Below, piece after piece: positions 48,413 to 59,292 of a stretch of DNA of 64,000 nucleotides. Position 1 is the first letter of the stretch, and the number at the start of each line of letters is the position of its first letter. A model generated the notes under the pieces. The model made no database searches. It saw nothing but the letters and a program-made list of their open reading frames with translations, and was not told the DNA's origin. Source of the DNA: an uncultured delta proteobacterium. Lineage in GTDB: Bacteria; Myxococcota_A; Polyangia; Haliangiales; Haliangiaceae. Both the position numbers and the translations under genes were made by a program. The DNA lies in the NCBI GenBank assembly GCA_963848295.1, contig CAWKDB010000010.1, positions 800,001-864,000 on the forward strand, given 5' to 3'.

Positions 48413-50174
48413 CGCGGCGCCGCTTCGCGCCGTGGGCCCGGTCGGCAAGTTGATCGACACCCACTTCGCGAAGTGGCTGATGATCTTGAACGGCCTCGTC
48501 CCCGCCGCGCTGCTCGTGTGGGATGCCGAGCACCATCAACTCGGCGTCAACGAGGTCAACTTCGCGATCCGCACGACCGGGCTCGTCGGCCTCGTCTGCC
48601 TGATGCTGTCGCTCGCGATCACGCCGGTGCGCAAGCTCACCGGATGGAACGGCTTGATCGCGGTCCGGCGCAACCTCGGCGTGCTCGGGTTCTTCTACAT
48701 CTCGCTCCACTTCGTGATCTTTTTCTGGTGGGATCGCGAGGGCAGCGTCCGCTCCACCGTCGACGAGATCATCAAGCGCGAGTACCTGTGGTACGGGTTC
48801 GGCGCGCTCGTCGCGATGATCCCGCTCGCGATCACGTCGACCGACGGCATGGTCACCCGGCTCGGAGCGAAGCGCTGGAAGCTGCTCCACAAGCTCGCGT
48901 ACCTCGTCGTGATCGCCGGAGTCATTCACTACTACAAGCTCGTCAAGTCGGACACGACCCAGCCGAAGGCGTTCGCGTACGTTCTGGCCGCGCTGCTGTC
49001 GTATCGCGTCGTCATGCACTACGTCGACGTGCGCCGAGAGCTCGCCGCGACCCACGCGAAGCTGCTCGCGGCGAAGAGCGCGGCGCCGAAGAAAAAGAGG
49101 TTCTGGCAGGGCGAGCTCAAGATCGCGCGGATCTTCGACGAGACGCCCGACGTCAAGACGATCCGGTTCGTCGCGCCCGCCGGCGGCCCGTTGCCGTTCG
49201 AGCACATCGCCGGTCAGTACATCAACCTCCAGCTCACGATCGACGGCAAGCGCGTCAACCGGTCGTACACGATGTCGTCGTCGCCGACCCGCAACGCGTA
49301 CGTCGAGATCTCGGTGAAGAAGGCCGCGAACGGCTACGGCTCCAAGCACGTGCACGAGACGTTCAAAGAAGGTCAGCTCGTCAAGGTCGCCGCACCTTCC
49401 GGCAAGTTCTACTTCGCCGGCACGGAGGCGCCGCGGGTCGTGCTCGTTGCAGGAGGCATCGGCATCACGCCGATGATGTCGGTCGTGCGCAGCCTCACCG
49501 ATCGCGGCTGGGCCGGCGACATGTACCTGTTGTTCTCGGTGCGCACGCAGCGAGACATCGTGTTCCGCGAGGAGCTCGACTATCTGCAAAAGCGCTACCC
49601 GAACCTCCACGTGTGCGTGACCCTGAGCAAGGAGACCGATCCGGCGTGGACCGGCGCGCGCGGCAACATCACGAAGCAACTGATCACCAGCCTCGTGCCC
49701 GACCTCGCGCATGGCCCGGTGATGCTGTGCGGCCCGGATCCGATGATGACCGCGATGCGCGCGCTGTTCGTCGAGCTCGGCGTGCCGGATGCCGAGATCC
49801 ATCAAGAGGCGTTCGTGTCTCCTCCGACACCGACCGAGGCCGATCCGGCCGCCGACGGCGCCGCGATGGTCGATGCGCTCGCCGCGATGACCGGTGAAGC
49901 CGGCGACGGTGCGCCTGCGAACGTCACGTTCAAGCGCGACGGCAAGACCGCCGAGATCACGCCCGAGCTGAGCCTGCTCGAGTGCGCCGAAGAAGCGGGC
50001 GTCGAGATTCCGTTCGAGTGCCGGTCCGGCATCTGCGGCCAGTGCAAGACCAAGCTGCTGTCCGGCCGCGTGCGGATGGAGGTCCAAGACGCGCTGACCG
50101 CGGCCGACAAGTCACGCGGGCTGGTGCTCGCGTGCCAGGCGCACGCGGTTGGCGATATCGTGGTGGACGCTTAG
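48399..50174 (+). CDS. msrQ: MsrQ heme-b membrane subunit fused to a FAD/NAD(P)-binding reductase and a [2Fe-2S] ferredoxin
   Basis: SLAITP, RRNLG, YISLHF, PLAITS, WKLLHKLAY, IHY; then RSYTMSS, AGGIGITPMMS, LCGPDPMM, HQEAF; CRSGICGQC...LAC. Confidence 0.9.
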   Translation: MSTSSAAPLRAVGPVGKLIDTHFAKWLMILNGLVPAALLVWDAEHHQLGVNEVNFAIRTTGLVGLVCLMLSLAITPVRKLTGWNGLIAVRRNLGVLGFFYISLHFVIFFWWDREGSVRSTVDEIIKREYLWYGFGALVAMIPLAITSTDGMVTRLGAKRWKLLHKLAYLVVIAGVIHYYKLVKSDTTQPKAFAYVLAALLSYRVVMHYVDVRRELAATHAKLLAAKSAAPKKKRFWQGELKIARIFDETPDVKTIRFVAPAGGPLPFEHIAGQYINLQLTIDGKRVNRSYTMSSSPTRNAYVEISVKKAANGYGSKHVHETFKEGQLVKVAAPSGKFYFAGTEAPRVVLVAGGIGITPMMSVVRSLTDRGWAGDMYLLFSVRTQRDIVFREELDYLQKRYPNLHVCVTLSKETDPAWTGARGNITKQLITSLVPDLAHGPVMLCGPDPMMTAMRALFVELGVPDAEIHQEAFVSPPTPTEADPAADGAAMVDALAAMTGEAGDGAPANVTFKRDGKTAEITPELSLLECAEEAGVEIPFECRSGICGQCKTKLLSGRVRMEVQDALTAADKSRGLVLACQAHAVGDIVVDA

Positions 50175-50177
50175 CGC

Positions 50178-51374
50178 GTGACCGAGCTCGACGTCGTGAT
50201 CGTCGGCGGTGGCCCGGCCGGGCTGTCCACCGCGCTGCACGTCCACGCGCTCGCGCCGCACGCGCGCATCATCGTGCTCGAGGCTGCGACCTACCCGCGC
50301 GAGAAGATCTGCGCCGGCGGCATCGGCGCGCGCGGTCTGACGATCCTCGGGGAGCTCGGCATCGAGCTCGACTGCCCGATGGTCAACATCGATGCGCTCG
50401 CCGTTCGCGTCGGTGGCGAGACGATCGTGACCCGCGAGCGCGACCTCGGCGTCGTCGTCCGCCGCGTCGAGTTCGACCACTCGCTCGCCCGCGCCGCGAT
50501 CGCGCGGGGCATCGCGGTCCGGGACGGCTGCGCGGTCACGGCAATCGCGATCGACGACGCCGGCGCGACCGTCGAGACTTCCCTCGGCGAAGCGTACCGA
50601 GCGCGCGCGATCATCGGCGCCGATGGCGTCTCGGGCATCGTCCGGCGCGCATGCGGCTTTCCGCGCGGAGCGCTGCGTGCGCAGGTGCTCGAGCTCGACA
50701 CCGAGGCCGTCGCCGCCGACCAGCCACGCGACACGCTCGTGTTCGACTTCACGCTGCGCGATCTCCGCGGCTACGCGTGGGACTTCCCGACGTTCGTCGG
50801 CGGTGAAGCGAAGGTCTGTCGCGGCACCTACGCGCTGCTCGATGGCGGCGAGCGCGGGATCACGCCGCGCGCGGCGATCGAGCGCTACCTCGCGGACCGC
50901 GGGCTCGCGATCGGCGACTACCGGATCAAGCAGTTCGCCGAGCGCGGCTTCGAGCCGGGCGCCGCGATCTCGGCGCCGCGGGTCTTGCTCGTCGGAGAGG
51001 CTGCCGGCATCGACATCGCGACCGGCGAAGGCATCGCGCAGGCGATCGAGTACGGCAAGGCCGCCGGTGGCTATCTCGTGCGCGCGCTAGAGCGCGATGA
51101 CCTGCGCTTCTCGAGCTGGCGTGGCCACGTCGATCGCCGTCACGTCGGCTGGCAGCTGCGGATCCGCCACGCGTGCTATCGCGCGTTCTACGGCTCCCAT
51201 CGCGACGCGGTCGAGCGCATCATGCCGCGCATCGGCAAGCTGTTCCGCGTCGGGGTCCAGGACTTCGCAGGCCGCCCGCTGAGCAAGCTCGCGATCGCGC
51301 AAGGGGCCGCGCAGTTTCTCGCCGCACTCGCGCGCGAGGGCATCAGTTCGTCACGAGGCCCCACCACAGTGTGA
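50178..51374 (+). CDS. FAD-dependent oxidoreductase, geranylgeranyl-reductase-like
   Basis: DVVIVGGGPAG, YPREKICAGGI, IGADG, GYAWDFP, LVGEAAG, TGEGIAQA. Confidence 0.85.
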   Translation: MTELDVVIVGGGPAGLSTALHVHALAPHARIIVLEAATYPREKICAGGIGARGLTILGELGIELDCPMVNIDALAVRVGGETIVTRERDLGVVVRRVEFDHSLARAAIARGIAVRDGCAVTAIAIDDAGATVETSLGEAYRARAIIGADGVSGIVRRACGFPRGALRAQVLELDTEAVAADQPRDTLVFDFTLRDLRGYAWDFPTFVGGEAKVCRGTYALLDGGERGITPRAAIERYLADRGLAIGDYRIKQFAERGFEPGAAISAPRVLLVGEAAGIDIATGEGIAQAIEYGKAAGGYLVRALERDDLRFSSWRGHVDRRHVGWQLRIRHACYRAFYGSHRDAVERIMPRIGKLFRVGVQDFAGRPLSKLAIAQGAAQFLAALAREGISSSRGPTTV

Positions 51375-52530
51375 CCGTCTCGTTGTTGACCTTCGACACC
51401 ACGACGAACTCGCTGCCGCCTCCCGCGCCGTCTTTCACGCGCTTGATCGTCAAGTGGATCCGATCGCCGTCGTTGCCCGTCGTCTTGTCGAGCGTGAACG
51501 ACAGCTCGGCCGGCATCATCTGGACGACCACCGCGACGTCGTCGACGCCGACCGTCCAGTCATCGGTCGGGGCGTCGCTGAACAAGTCGAGATCGATCGT
51601 CGCCGAGCTGCCGTTCGAGATCTGAACGCCGCGGGTCGTCGCCGAGCCTCCTGGATAGGCGAGCTGGACGTCGCCGAGGTTCGGCGCCGCGGCGACGTAC
51701 GGTTGCGCGAGCACCGGCACGCACGGGTCGTGGCCGGCCGCGGCCGATGCGTTCGACCAGGTGCGCTGCACGACGTACGTGCCGATCAGCGGCTGAAACG
51801 CCGCCGCGACGTACTCGCACATGTCGCCGACCTCGCCGCCAGGCGTGAAGTCCCAGATCAGATCCTCGTCGTCGACGCCGGCCCAGCCCGGTGCGGTCCC
51901 CGGATGCGGATCGGTCGCCGCCTCGATCAGCTCGTGGCTGAGCGCCGGCGTGATCGCGTTGATCGGCACGCCGGTCGTCGGACAGCGCGGTAACAACGCG
52001 TAGACGATGCCGCTCTGGGTCGTCTCGCTGTGATATCCGCCAAACGTCTTGCAGCTGACGTCGGACCCGGCGGTCAGCGTCACGCCGGCCGGCAGGAACA
52101 CCACGTACACCGTGTTCGCGTCGGGCGCGGGCCAGCCGAGCTGACCGCGGGCATGCATCGACTCGGCTTCGAGCGGTCCGGCGTGCTCTTCGAGGAACGC
52201 CTGGAGCGCGTCGTCGGTCGTCGGCGGCGGATCGGGCGACACGATGCTCGGCAGCACGGTCGGATCGCCGACGCCATACTCGGCGCCGACCGCCTTCCAG
52301 TAATCCGAACCCGGGATCGCCCGCAGGAACGCTTCGAGCTGAGCCTGCATGTCGTCATCGCCGGTGAAAAAGATCGGCACGATCTCGGGCGCGGCAAGCA
52401 CCGGGCCGCCGTTCGATCCCATCTCGGGCGCACTCGGGTGCGTCGGTGTCCCGGGCGCGTCGGGAGCCGGCGTCGAATCACCGCACCCGGCGAGCGCGCA
52501 CGCGAACAGCGACAACATCCGGCGCGACAC
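51343..52530 (-). CDS. Lipoprotein with an HExxE-type motif (EXORDIUM/Phi-1-like metal-binding fold)
   Basis: Lipobox LAGC; GGPVL, GGYHS, SHELIEAATDP, GEVGDMC, VQRTWSN. Confidence 0.6.
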   Translation of the reverse strand: MSRRMLSLFACALAGCGDSTPAPDAPGTPTHPSAPEMGSNGGPVLAAPEIVPIFFTGDDDMQAQLEAFLRAIPGSDYWKAVGAEYGVGDPTVLPSIVSPDPPPTTDDALQAFLEEHAGPLEAESMHARGQLGWPAPDANTVYVVFLPAGVTLTAGSDVSCKTFGGYHSETTQSGIVYALLPRCPTTGVPINAITPALSHELIEAATDPHPGTAPGWAGVDDEDLIWDFTPGGEVGDMCEYVAAAFQPLIGTYVVQRTWSNASAAAGHDPCVPVLAQPYVAAAPNLGDVQLAYPGGSATTRGVQISNGSSATIDLDLFSDAPTDDWTVGVDDVAVVVQMMPAELSFTLDKTTGNDGDRIHLTIKRVKDGAGGGSEFVVVSKVNNETVTLWWGLVTN

Positions 52531-52587
52531 CCCGAGAGCATGCCACCGGGCCCTCGCCCGCGGTGTAGCGAATGACACGGCGGCGCG

Positions 52588-53325
52588 CTATTCGAGCGTC
52601 GCGCTCATCAGCATCGAGAACCCGCCCGTTATATCGCCGGTGTCGGTCCACGACACGTTCAGCGTCTGATCGGTCGCCGCGGCGTTGAAGACGATCGTGA
52701 ACTCGACGTGATACGGGTTCGCGCTGCCGAAGGTGTTGTTCGTGTAGTCCGGCGCAGAGCCATCGGACAGCGAGACGTGCATCGTGCTCGTCGAGCCGTG
52801 GCCACCGCAGTAGACGTGCAGGGTCTGCGCCGTCGTCCCGGCGGGTGCGGTGAACACGAGCGCATCCGGAAACTCGATGCCCGTACCGGTCGCGGTCTGG
52901 GACGCCGTCGCGTGCGGCGTGCCGCCGGTCCACGATGCCGAGACGGACACGCTCCCGATCTGGTACTGCACGAGGCCGGCGCTCGCGACGTCGCTGATCA
53001 GGTTCGCGTTCGCCTTGTGGTCGAAGCTGGTCGCGCTGGTGTAGGCCCAGTGCGCCCAGTCGGCCGTGCCCTCGCCGCTGAGGTCGAGATCCCCGTCGGG
53101 CACGAGCGTCGCGGTCACCGCGAGCGAGCCGACGACCGGCGCCGCATCCTCGTAGATCTTCGCGTCTTCGTACGGCTTCGCGTCGAGGAACAGCTTCGCG
53201 TCGTCGCCGCTGCCGTGCGTGCTGCCGTCGATCGCTTGCGATCCAGCCGGCGCCGTGAACGAGCAGGCGCCCAGCAACGCGATCACGACGAGCTCGCGCA
53301 TCACCAACGGTAACATGCGAGCCAT
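52588..53325 (-). CDS. Hypothetical lipoprotein (beta-rich)
   Basis: Lipobox LGAC; DAKxxx repeats; DLSGEGTADWAHW. Confidence 0.65.
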   Translation of the reverse strand: MARMLPLVMRELVVIALLGACSFTAPAGSQAIDGSTHGSGDDAKLFLDAKPYEDAKIYEDAAPVVGSLAVTATLVPDGDLDLSGEGTADWAHWAYTSATSFDHKANANLISDVASAGLVQYQIGSVSVSASWTGGTPHATASQTATGTGIEFPDALVFTAPAGTTAQTLHVYCGGHGSTSTMHVSLSDGSAPDYTNNTFGSANPYHVEFTIVFNAAATDQTLNVSWTDTGDITGGFSMLMSATLE

Positions 53326-53403
53326 GGTCGCCAGGGTTCAAAGATCGGCGCGCGGAGTAGATCACGTTCGGCGACACGGAACTACAGGACCTAGAACCGC
53401 GAG

Positions 53404-55683
53404 TCAGTTCAGGGAGTCGTCAGAGGCCGTCAAGAACTTCGCGATCACGGTCTTGCGGCCGGCGGCTGGGAAATCGACGATCACCTTGGTGTCCTTGCCT
53501 TCGCCGGTCGTCGCGATCACGCGGCCGACGCCGAGCTGCGGGTGGCTGACCTGGTCGCCGCTGCGAAACGCCGCGCGCGACGGCACATCGCCGCCGACGC
53601 GAAACACCGGCTCTTCGTCGTCAGGTCGGCGCTGATCGAGCTCGTCGCGCCCCGAGGCGCGCGGCGAGCGCCGCCGGCCCGCCCAGTCGCCGTCGATGAT
53701 GACCGGACCGCGCGGCCCGATCGTCTTCGGTCGCGCCGGCTCCGCGAGCACGCCCGGCGGCAAGTCGTCGAGGAACCGCGACGGCCCTTGCAGCCGGATC
53801 TCGCCCCACACCCGCCGCGTTCGCGCGTGGCTGATCACGAGCTTCTCCCGCGCGCGCGTGATCGCGACGTACGCGAGCCGGCGCTCTTCTTCGAGCTGGC
53901 TGTCTTCGCTCTGCCCTTCGCCCCCCCGGCCGCTCGCGGCCGGGTTATTGATCGACCTCAGTGACGGGAACAGGCCGTCTTCGACGCCGGTGATGAACAC
54001 GACCGGCCACTCGAGGCCTTTCGCGATGTGGATCGTCATCAGCACGACCGACTCGGCCGGCACCGCTTGGTCGGCCGGCGCCGACAACGCGATCCGCTCG
54101 AGAAAACCATCGATCGACTGCGGCTGATCGCTCTCGTCGTCGAAATCCGACGCGAGCGTGACGAGCTCGGCGAGGTTATCGAGCCGATCGCGCGACTCCG
54201 AGCTGTCGTCGGCCTCGAGCTTCGCGCGCAAGCCGCTGCGATCGACGACCTGGATGATCGTCTCGGCGACCGAGGCGCCTTGCGCGATGACGTCGGCCAA
54301 GCCGTCGATCAGCTCGACGAACGCCTTGAGCTTCTTGCGCGGCCCCGGCCCGAGCCCCGCGACGTCGCCGCGCGCGGCGAGCCGGGTCGCCTCGAGCAAG
54401 CTGCCGGTGCCGGCGCGTGACGCGGCACGTAGCCGATCGACCGTCGTGTCGCCGATGCCTCGGGCCGGGACATTGACGACGCGCTCGAGCGCGGAGTCGG
54501 CCGCCGGGTTGCCGAGCAAACGCAGGTACGCGACGACGTCTTTGACCTCCTTGCGCTCGAAGAACGACTGCGCGCCGACGACCTTCGCCGGGATCCGAGC
54601 TGCCCGCAGGTGCTCCTCCAGTACCCGCGATTGTGCGTTCGTGCGGTACAGGATCGCGAAGTCCTTCGGCGAGTACGGCCCTTCGTCGATCGCACGGCGG
54701 ATCGATTGCGCGACGAAGTATGCCTCGCCGCGCTCGTCGCCGGCCTGATAGACCTCGATCGGCTCGCCCCCGGTCTCCTCGGTCCACAGCGCCTTGACGT
54801 GGCGATCGCGATTATGGCGAATGATCCCGTTCGCGGCGTCGAGGATCATCTGGGTCGAGCGGTAGTTCTGCTCGAGCTTGACGACCTGCGCATCGGGAAA
54901 GTCGCGATCGAAGTCGAGCAGGTTGCGCGGCTCGGCCCCGCGCCAGCCGTAGATCGATTGATCGTCGTCGCCGACGACCGTGAGGTTGCGCGTCGCATCG
55001 GCGAGCTGGCGCACCAGGTTGTACTGGACCGGGTTCGTGTCCTGGAACTCGTCGACCAGCACGTGGCGGAACCGGACGCGCAGCTGTCTCGCCGCGTCCT
55101 CGTTCTCGAACAAGGCCAACGTCTTCAACAACAGATCGTTGAAGTCGACCGCGTTCTCCTTCGCGAGCTGGGCCTGGTACATCGGATAGATGCGCTCGAC
55201 CACATCATCGAATGCACCGGTCTTGACGGTGCGCGGGTCGACGCCCTTGTTCTTCGCGCGATCGAAGCGTGACAGCACGGTGCGCGCCGAGATCTGGTCG
55301 TCGAGCCCGGTCTCCTTGAGCATGCGCTCGACCATCTTCATCTGGTCGTCGTCGTCGAAGATCACGAAGCTCTTGGTCAGCCCGACCGCCTCGCCGTGGC
55401 GCCGCAACAGGCGCGCGCAGGTCGAGTGGAACGTGCCGACCCACATCGAGTCGGCCGCGCCACCGAGCTCGTTGCGCAGCCGAGCCTTCATCTCGCCCGC
55501 CGCCTTGTTCGTGAACGTCACCGCGAGGATCGACCACGGCTCGGCGCCGGTCTCGACCAGCCGCACGATGCGTTGGACCAACACGCGAGTCTTGCCGGTA
55601 CCGGCACCCGCGAGCACGAGCAGCGGGCCATCGCCGTGCTCGACGGCGGCTCGCTGCTCGGGATTTAGCCCGATGCGCTCCAC
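53404..55683 (-). CDS. pcrA: ATP-dependent DNA helicase PcrA/UvrD
   Basis: LAGAGTGKT, TFTNKAA, VDEFQDTN, VGDDDQSIYGWRGA, LEQNYRST, MTIHIAKGLEW, EERRLAYVAITRA, C-terminal Tudor-like domain. Confidence 0.93.
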   Translation of the reverse strand: MERIGLNPEQRAAVEHGDGPLLVLAGAGTGKTRVLVQRIVRLVETGAEPWSILAVTFTNKAAGEMKARLRNELGGAADSMWVGTFHSTCARLLRRHGEAVGLTKSFVIFDDDDQMKMVERMLKETGLDDQISARTVLSRFDRAKNKGVDPRTVKTGAFDDVVERIYPMYQAQLAKENAVDFNDLLLKTLALFENEDAARQLRVRFRHVLVDEFQDTNPVQYNLVRQLADATRNLTVVGDDDQSIYGWRGAEPRNLLDFDRDFPDAQVVKLEQNYRSTQMILDAANGIIRHNRDRHVKALWTEETGGEPIEVYQAGDERGEAYFVAQSIRRAIDEGPYSPKDFAILYRTNAQSRVLEEHLRAARIPAKVVGAQSFFERKEVKDVVAYLRLLGNPAADSALERVVNVPARGIGDTTVDRLRAASRAGTGSLLEATRLAARGDVAGLGPGPRKKLKAFVELIDGLADVIAQGASVAETIIQVVDRSGLRAKLEADDSSESRDRLDNLAELVTLASDFDDESDQPQSIDGFLERIALSAPADQAVPAESVVLMTIHIAKGLEWPVVFITGVEDGLFPSLRSINNPAASGRGGEGQSEDSQLEEERRLAYVAITRAREKLVISHARTRRVWGEIRLQGPSRFLDDLPPGVLAEPARPKTIGPRGPVIIDGDWAGRRRSPRASGRDELDQRRPDDEEPVFRVGGDVPSRAAFRSGDQVSHPQLGVGRVIATTGEGKDTKVIVDFPAAGRKTVIAKFLTASDDSLN

Positions 55684-55751
55684 CCCGACGGCTTACCACG
55701 CCGGGCTGACAAGGACGTGAGCCCGTGAGCCAGCGTAGATCGTGTACGAGT

Positions 55752-55780
55752 ACGTGCACGTGACACGTGGCGCGTGCACG
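55752..55780 (-). terminator. Hairpin directly downstream of the TonB-dependent receptor gene
   Basis: CGTGCACG...CGTGCACG inverted arms just after the stop; no clear U-tract. Confidence 0.35.
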
Positions 55781-55787
55781 ACGAATT

Positions 55788-58700
55788 TTAGAACGTCAGA
55801 CGGACGCCGAGGCGGGCGCTGAGCGGCGAGTACAGAGCGGTCGGGTTGTGGAAGTTCGGATTGCGACCGATCGGCGTGCCGTTCTCGACGCCGGTCGTGT
55901 CGACCGTCTTCAACCAGATCAGATCGGAGTACGTGCCGCCGGCGATCGGGTTCGCGTTCTGCTGCACGCCCGGCATGCCGGCAGCCGACAGCTTGTAGTA
56001 GGGTGCGTAGTTGTTATCGACGTCCGCCGTGCCCTGGTCGTTGTAGACGTTGTAGATGTCCGCGAACACCTCGAGCCTCATGTTCTTCCGCAGCTTGCGT
56101 CCGTAGCCGACGTGGACGTCGAGGCCGTGGTCGAAGTCGCTGCGACCGAGCTCGCCGCGCGGCAACAGGAACGACTCGTTCGGGCCGTACAGCCAGTGAC
56201 CGGCGAGCGCATTCTCCGGGATACCCGACAGCGCGCGGAACCGGACGCCGACCGTGAGGTCGCCGTACTGCTTGAGGTCGAACGTGTAGTAACCGTCGAT
56301 CTTGATGTAGTGAGGGCGATCGGTCGGCAGCGGGCCGGCGTGGTTCGCGAGCAGCTCGATCAAGTCGAACTGCGACGAGATGTTCGGATCGAGCTGGCCG
56401 TTGTCGTACGACACGAGGCCGGGGTAGTTGCCCTCGGTCCGCGAGTACGTGTAGCTCGCCTGTAGATAAAGCTTCTTCGAGAACCGGCGGGTCAGCGTGA
56501 ACTGCAGCGCGTTGTACACCCGGGTCGGGTGATCGAAGATGTTGATACCGTTGAACAGCTGGAGCTGGTGGGTGAGCCGGGCCTTTTCGGCCGGGTCATC
56601 CGTCATGTTGATCCGCTGCTGGAACGCGGCGGCCTCGGACTGCGAGAACTCGCCCGGGTTCGAGATGATGTACGTGTTCGCGCCGTCGGTCGACACGTCC
56701 TCGATCACGCGACCGAGCGTGCGGTTCTGGTACGACACGCCGAGCTTGAGGTCGTCGATGACCTCGTACTCGAAGCCGGCGACGATCTCGTCCATGTACT
56801 GCGCCTTGATGCCCGGGGCGACGAGATCACCGCTCGCGCCGACCAGCGCTGCTTCAGTCCGCCGCCCACCGGGGCTCCGGTCTGGGTCGTCGGAGTGATG
56901 CACGAGTTGCCGTTGACGCCGCCGATCTTCGGATCGACAGCCGGCGCCATGCCCATGTTCGTGCAGGTCGACGCGGTGTACAGCTGCTCGTACTCGACTT
57001 CGCCGCCGAACGAGCGGTCGTTGATGTCGAGCGGAATCGACTCGTAGAACCGACCCCAGTTCGCGTAGATCTTCGAGCGACCTTCCTTCGTCCAGTCGTA
57101 GAGCAGGCCGATGCGCGGCGCGTAGTTGCCGGTCAGCGTCATCGCGTCCTTGCCCAGCAGATTTCCGGTCAGCGGATCGACCGTGCCCTGCAGGAAGCTC
57201 GCGTAGCGCAGCCGCTGCTCTTCGTAGCGCAGGCCGGCGTTGAGCGTCAGGTTCGGCTGGATCTGCCACGAATCGCGGAGGTAAGCGGCCCAGTTGAACG
57301 TCTCGCCTTGGATCTGGGTCGCCCGCGAGCCCGGCGTGCCGCCGAGGTACGCGCAGTCGAAGTGCTGGGTCTTGTCCTTGGCGTTCGTCGGGTTCGGGTT
57401 CGCGGTGTTGCACTGCTGGTTGAAGAAGCCGGGGTCGGTGTTGGTCGGCGAGCTACCCTGAACGCCGTTGATCTCCTGGCCGGCGAGCTGCGCGTAGCGG
57501 ATCGTGTCGATGACGTTCGCGCCGATGTCGTTGAACTCGATCGCGGCGCCGCCGGACAGCAAGCGCGCCTTGTTCGTCGTGTTGTCCTCGGCGTCGATGC
57601 CGGCCTTGATCTCGTGGCTGCCTGCCGCCTTGACGCGCTCGGTGATCTGAGCGCCGCGCTCTTGCGCTCCTCGGTGTCGCGCTGGAGGCGCGCCCGGGAC
57701 CGCCGATGGAGTACGCTGGCCGCCGTCATCGGGCAGTTCGTGATGTACGGATAGACGTCGTTCGAGCCGGGCGGGCCGTCGGTGCAGCCCTTCGCCACGT
57801 TGATGTTGCTCGGCTCGTAGCCCGCCGACCATAACCCGAGGCTGCCGTCGGTCAGGACCTGCGCCGGCTGCTGCTCGAGCGCGGGATCGAGCGCGTCGCC
57901 CGTGGTGTACTCGTGGTGCCAACCGACGATCGCCTCGACCTCGGTCTTGTTGTCGTTGAACTTCGAGGTCCACTTGCCGGACAGGTCGATGACCGTGTCG
58001 GTCGTCTTGTAGCCGTTGTCGGCGGGGCCGAAGATCGCCGGGCGTGGCTCGACGCACTCGGCATGCGCCTGGAACGAGATCTGGCCCTGGTGCTCCGGGG
58101 TCGCCGCGTAGTTGAGCTTGCCGAGGATGTTGTAGGTGTGCGCGGTCGGGCTGCGCATCTGGCTGTCGACCGTGTCGGTGATGTAGAAGCCGGTCTTCGG
58201 ATCGACGTCGGCGACGCCATCGGCGATAGCCGCCTTGGGCGACGAGCTTCGGGTTACACACGGTCTGCGTACCGTCGGACTTCGTCATCCGGCAGTCGGT
58301 CTGACTCTTGACCGTGCGCGTGATGTCGTTCTGCACGAACGTCGGGTCGAAGCCGATGAAGAACCACAGCTTGTCCTTGATGATCGGACCGCCGAGCTCG
58401 AATCCGAAGTCGCCGTTGTAGTTGACGTTGTTGACCGCGTCGATCGACGGACGCGTTGACCGGCGCGAGGTGCTGCGCGGCGGTCAAGAACCCGGGCTGG
58501 TAGTAGCCCCACACCGAGCCCTTGAACTCGTTCGAGCCGGTCTTCGTGACGACGTTGACGACGCCGCCGGTCGCGCGACCGTACTCGGCGTTGTAGCCAC
58601 CGGTGATGACCTCGATCTCTTCGATGAAGTCGTTGACGACCGGGGAGCCGACCGTGCCGAGCGTCAGGCCCGTCGTGTTGACGCCGTCGACGATGTACTG

Positions 58701-59292
58701 GTTCTCGAGCGACGAGCTGCCGGAGAACGACACGCCGACGCCGTCGCTCTGCGAACCGGCGGCGGCACCGAGCGCCGCGTCGAACGTGCGGCCCGGGACC
58801 GGGATGTTCTGGAGATACTGCTTGTCGAGCGTGATGCCCTGATTCGTGCTCGTCGGTGTCGACGAGCGGGGCCTTCGCGCTGACGTGAATCGTCTCGCCC
58901 TTGTTCGAGACCGCCGCGAGATCGAACTTCTGATAGACGTTCGACGCCTTGTTGACGCCGACGTGGACGCCGCTCTGCTCGACCTTGAAGTCCAGGTAGA
59001 AGAACGTGACCAGGTAGTCGCCGGGGGGCAGCTCGTTGACGATGTAGAAGCCATCGCTGTCGGTCAACGTGCTCTGCGTCTGCGACAGCGCAGGCGACGT
59101 GACGAGCACGGTGACGGCGGCGAGCTTCTCGCCCGTGGCCTTGTCGGTGACGACGCCGCGGATCGCGCCGGTCGTGCTCGACTGTGCGCGTGCGGTGCTC
59201 GGCTGGACGACGGAGAAGCCGACGAGGCTGGTGAAGCCCAACGCGGCCGCGACCAATAGCTTGTGTGCGTTCATTGCCATCGCTCCGTTCAC
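55788..59292 (-). CDS. Oar-like TonB-dependent outer-membrane receptor with an N-terminal carboxypeptidase-regulatory domain; multiple frameshifts
   Basis: TTGAIRGVVTD, ENQYIVDGVNT, GGYNAEYGRATGGVVNVVTKTGSNEFKG, GGPIIKDKLWFF, NLTLNAGLRYE, C-terminal RLGVRLTF; pieces in three frames. Confidence 0.88.
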
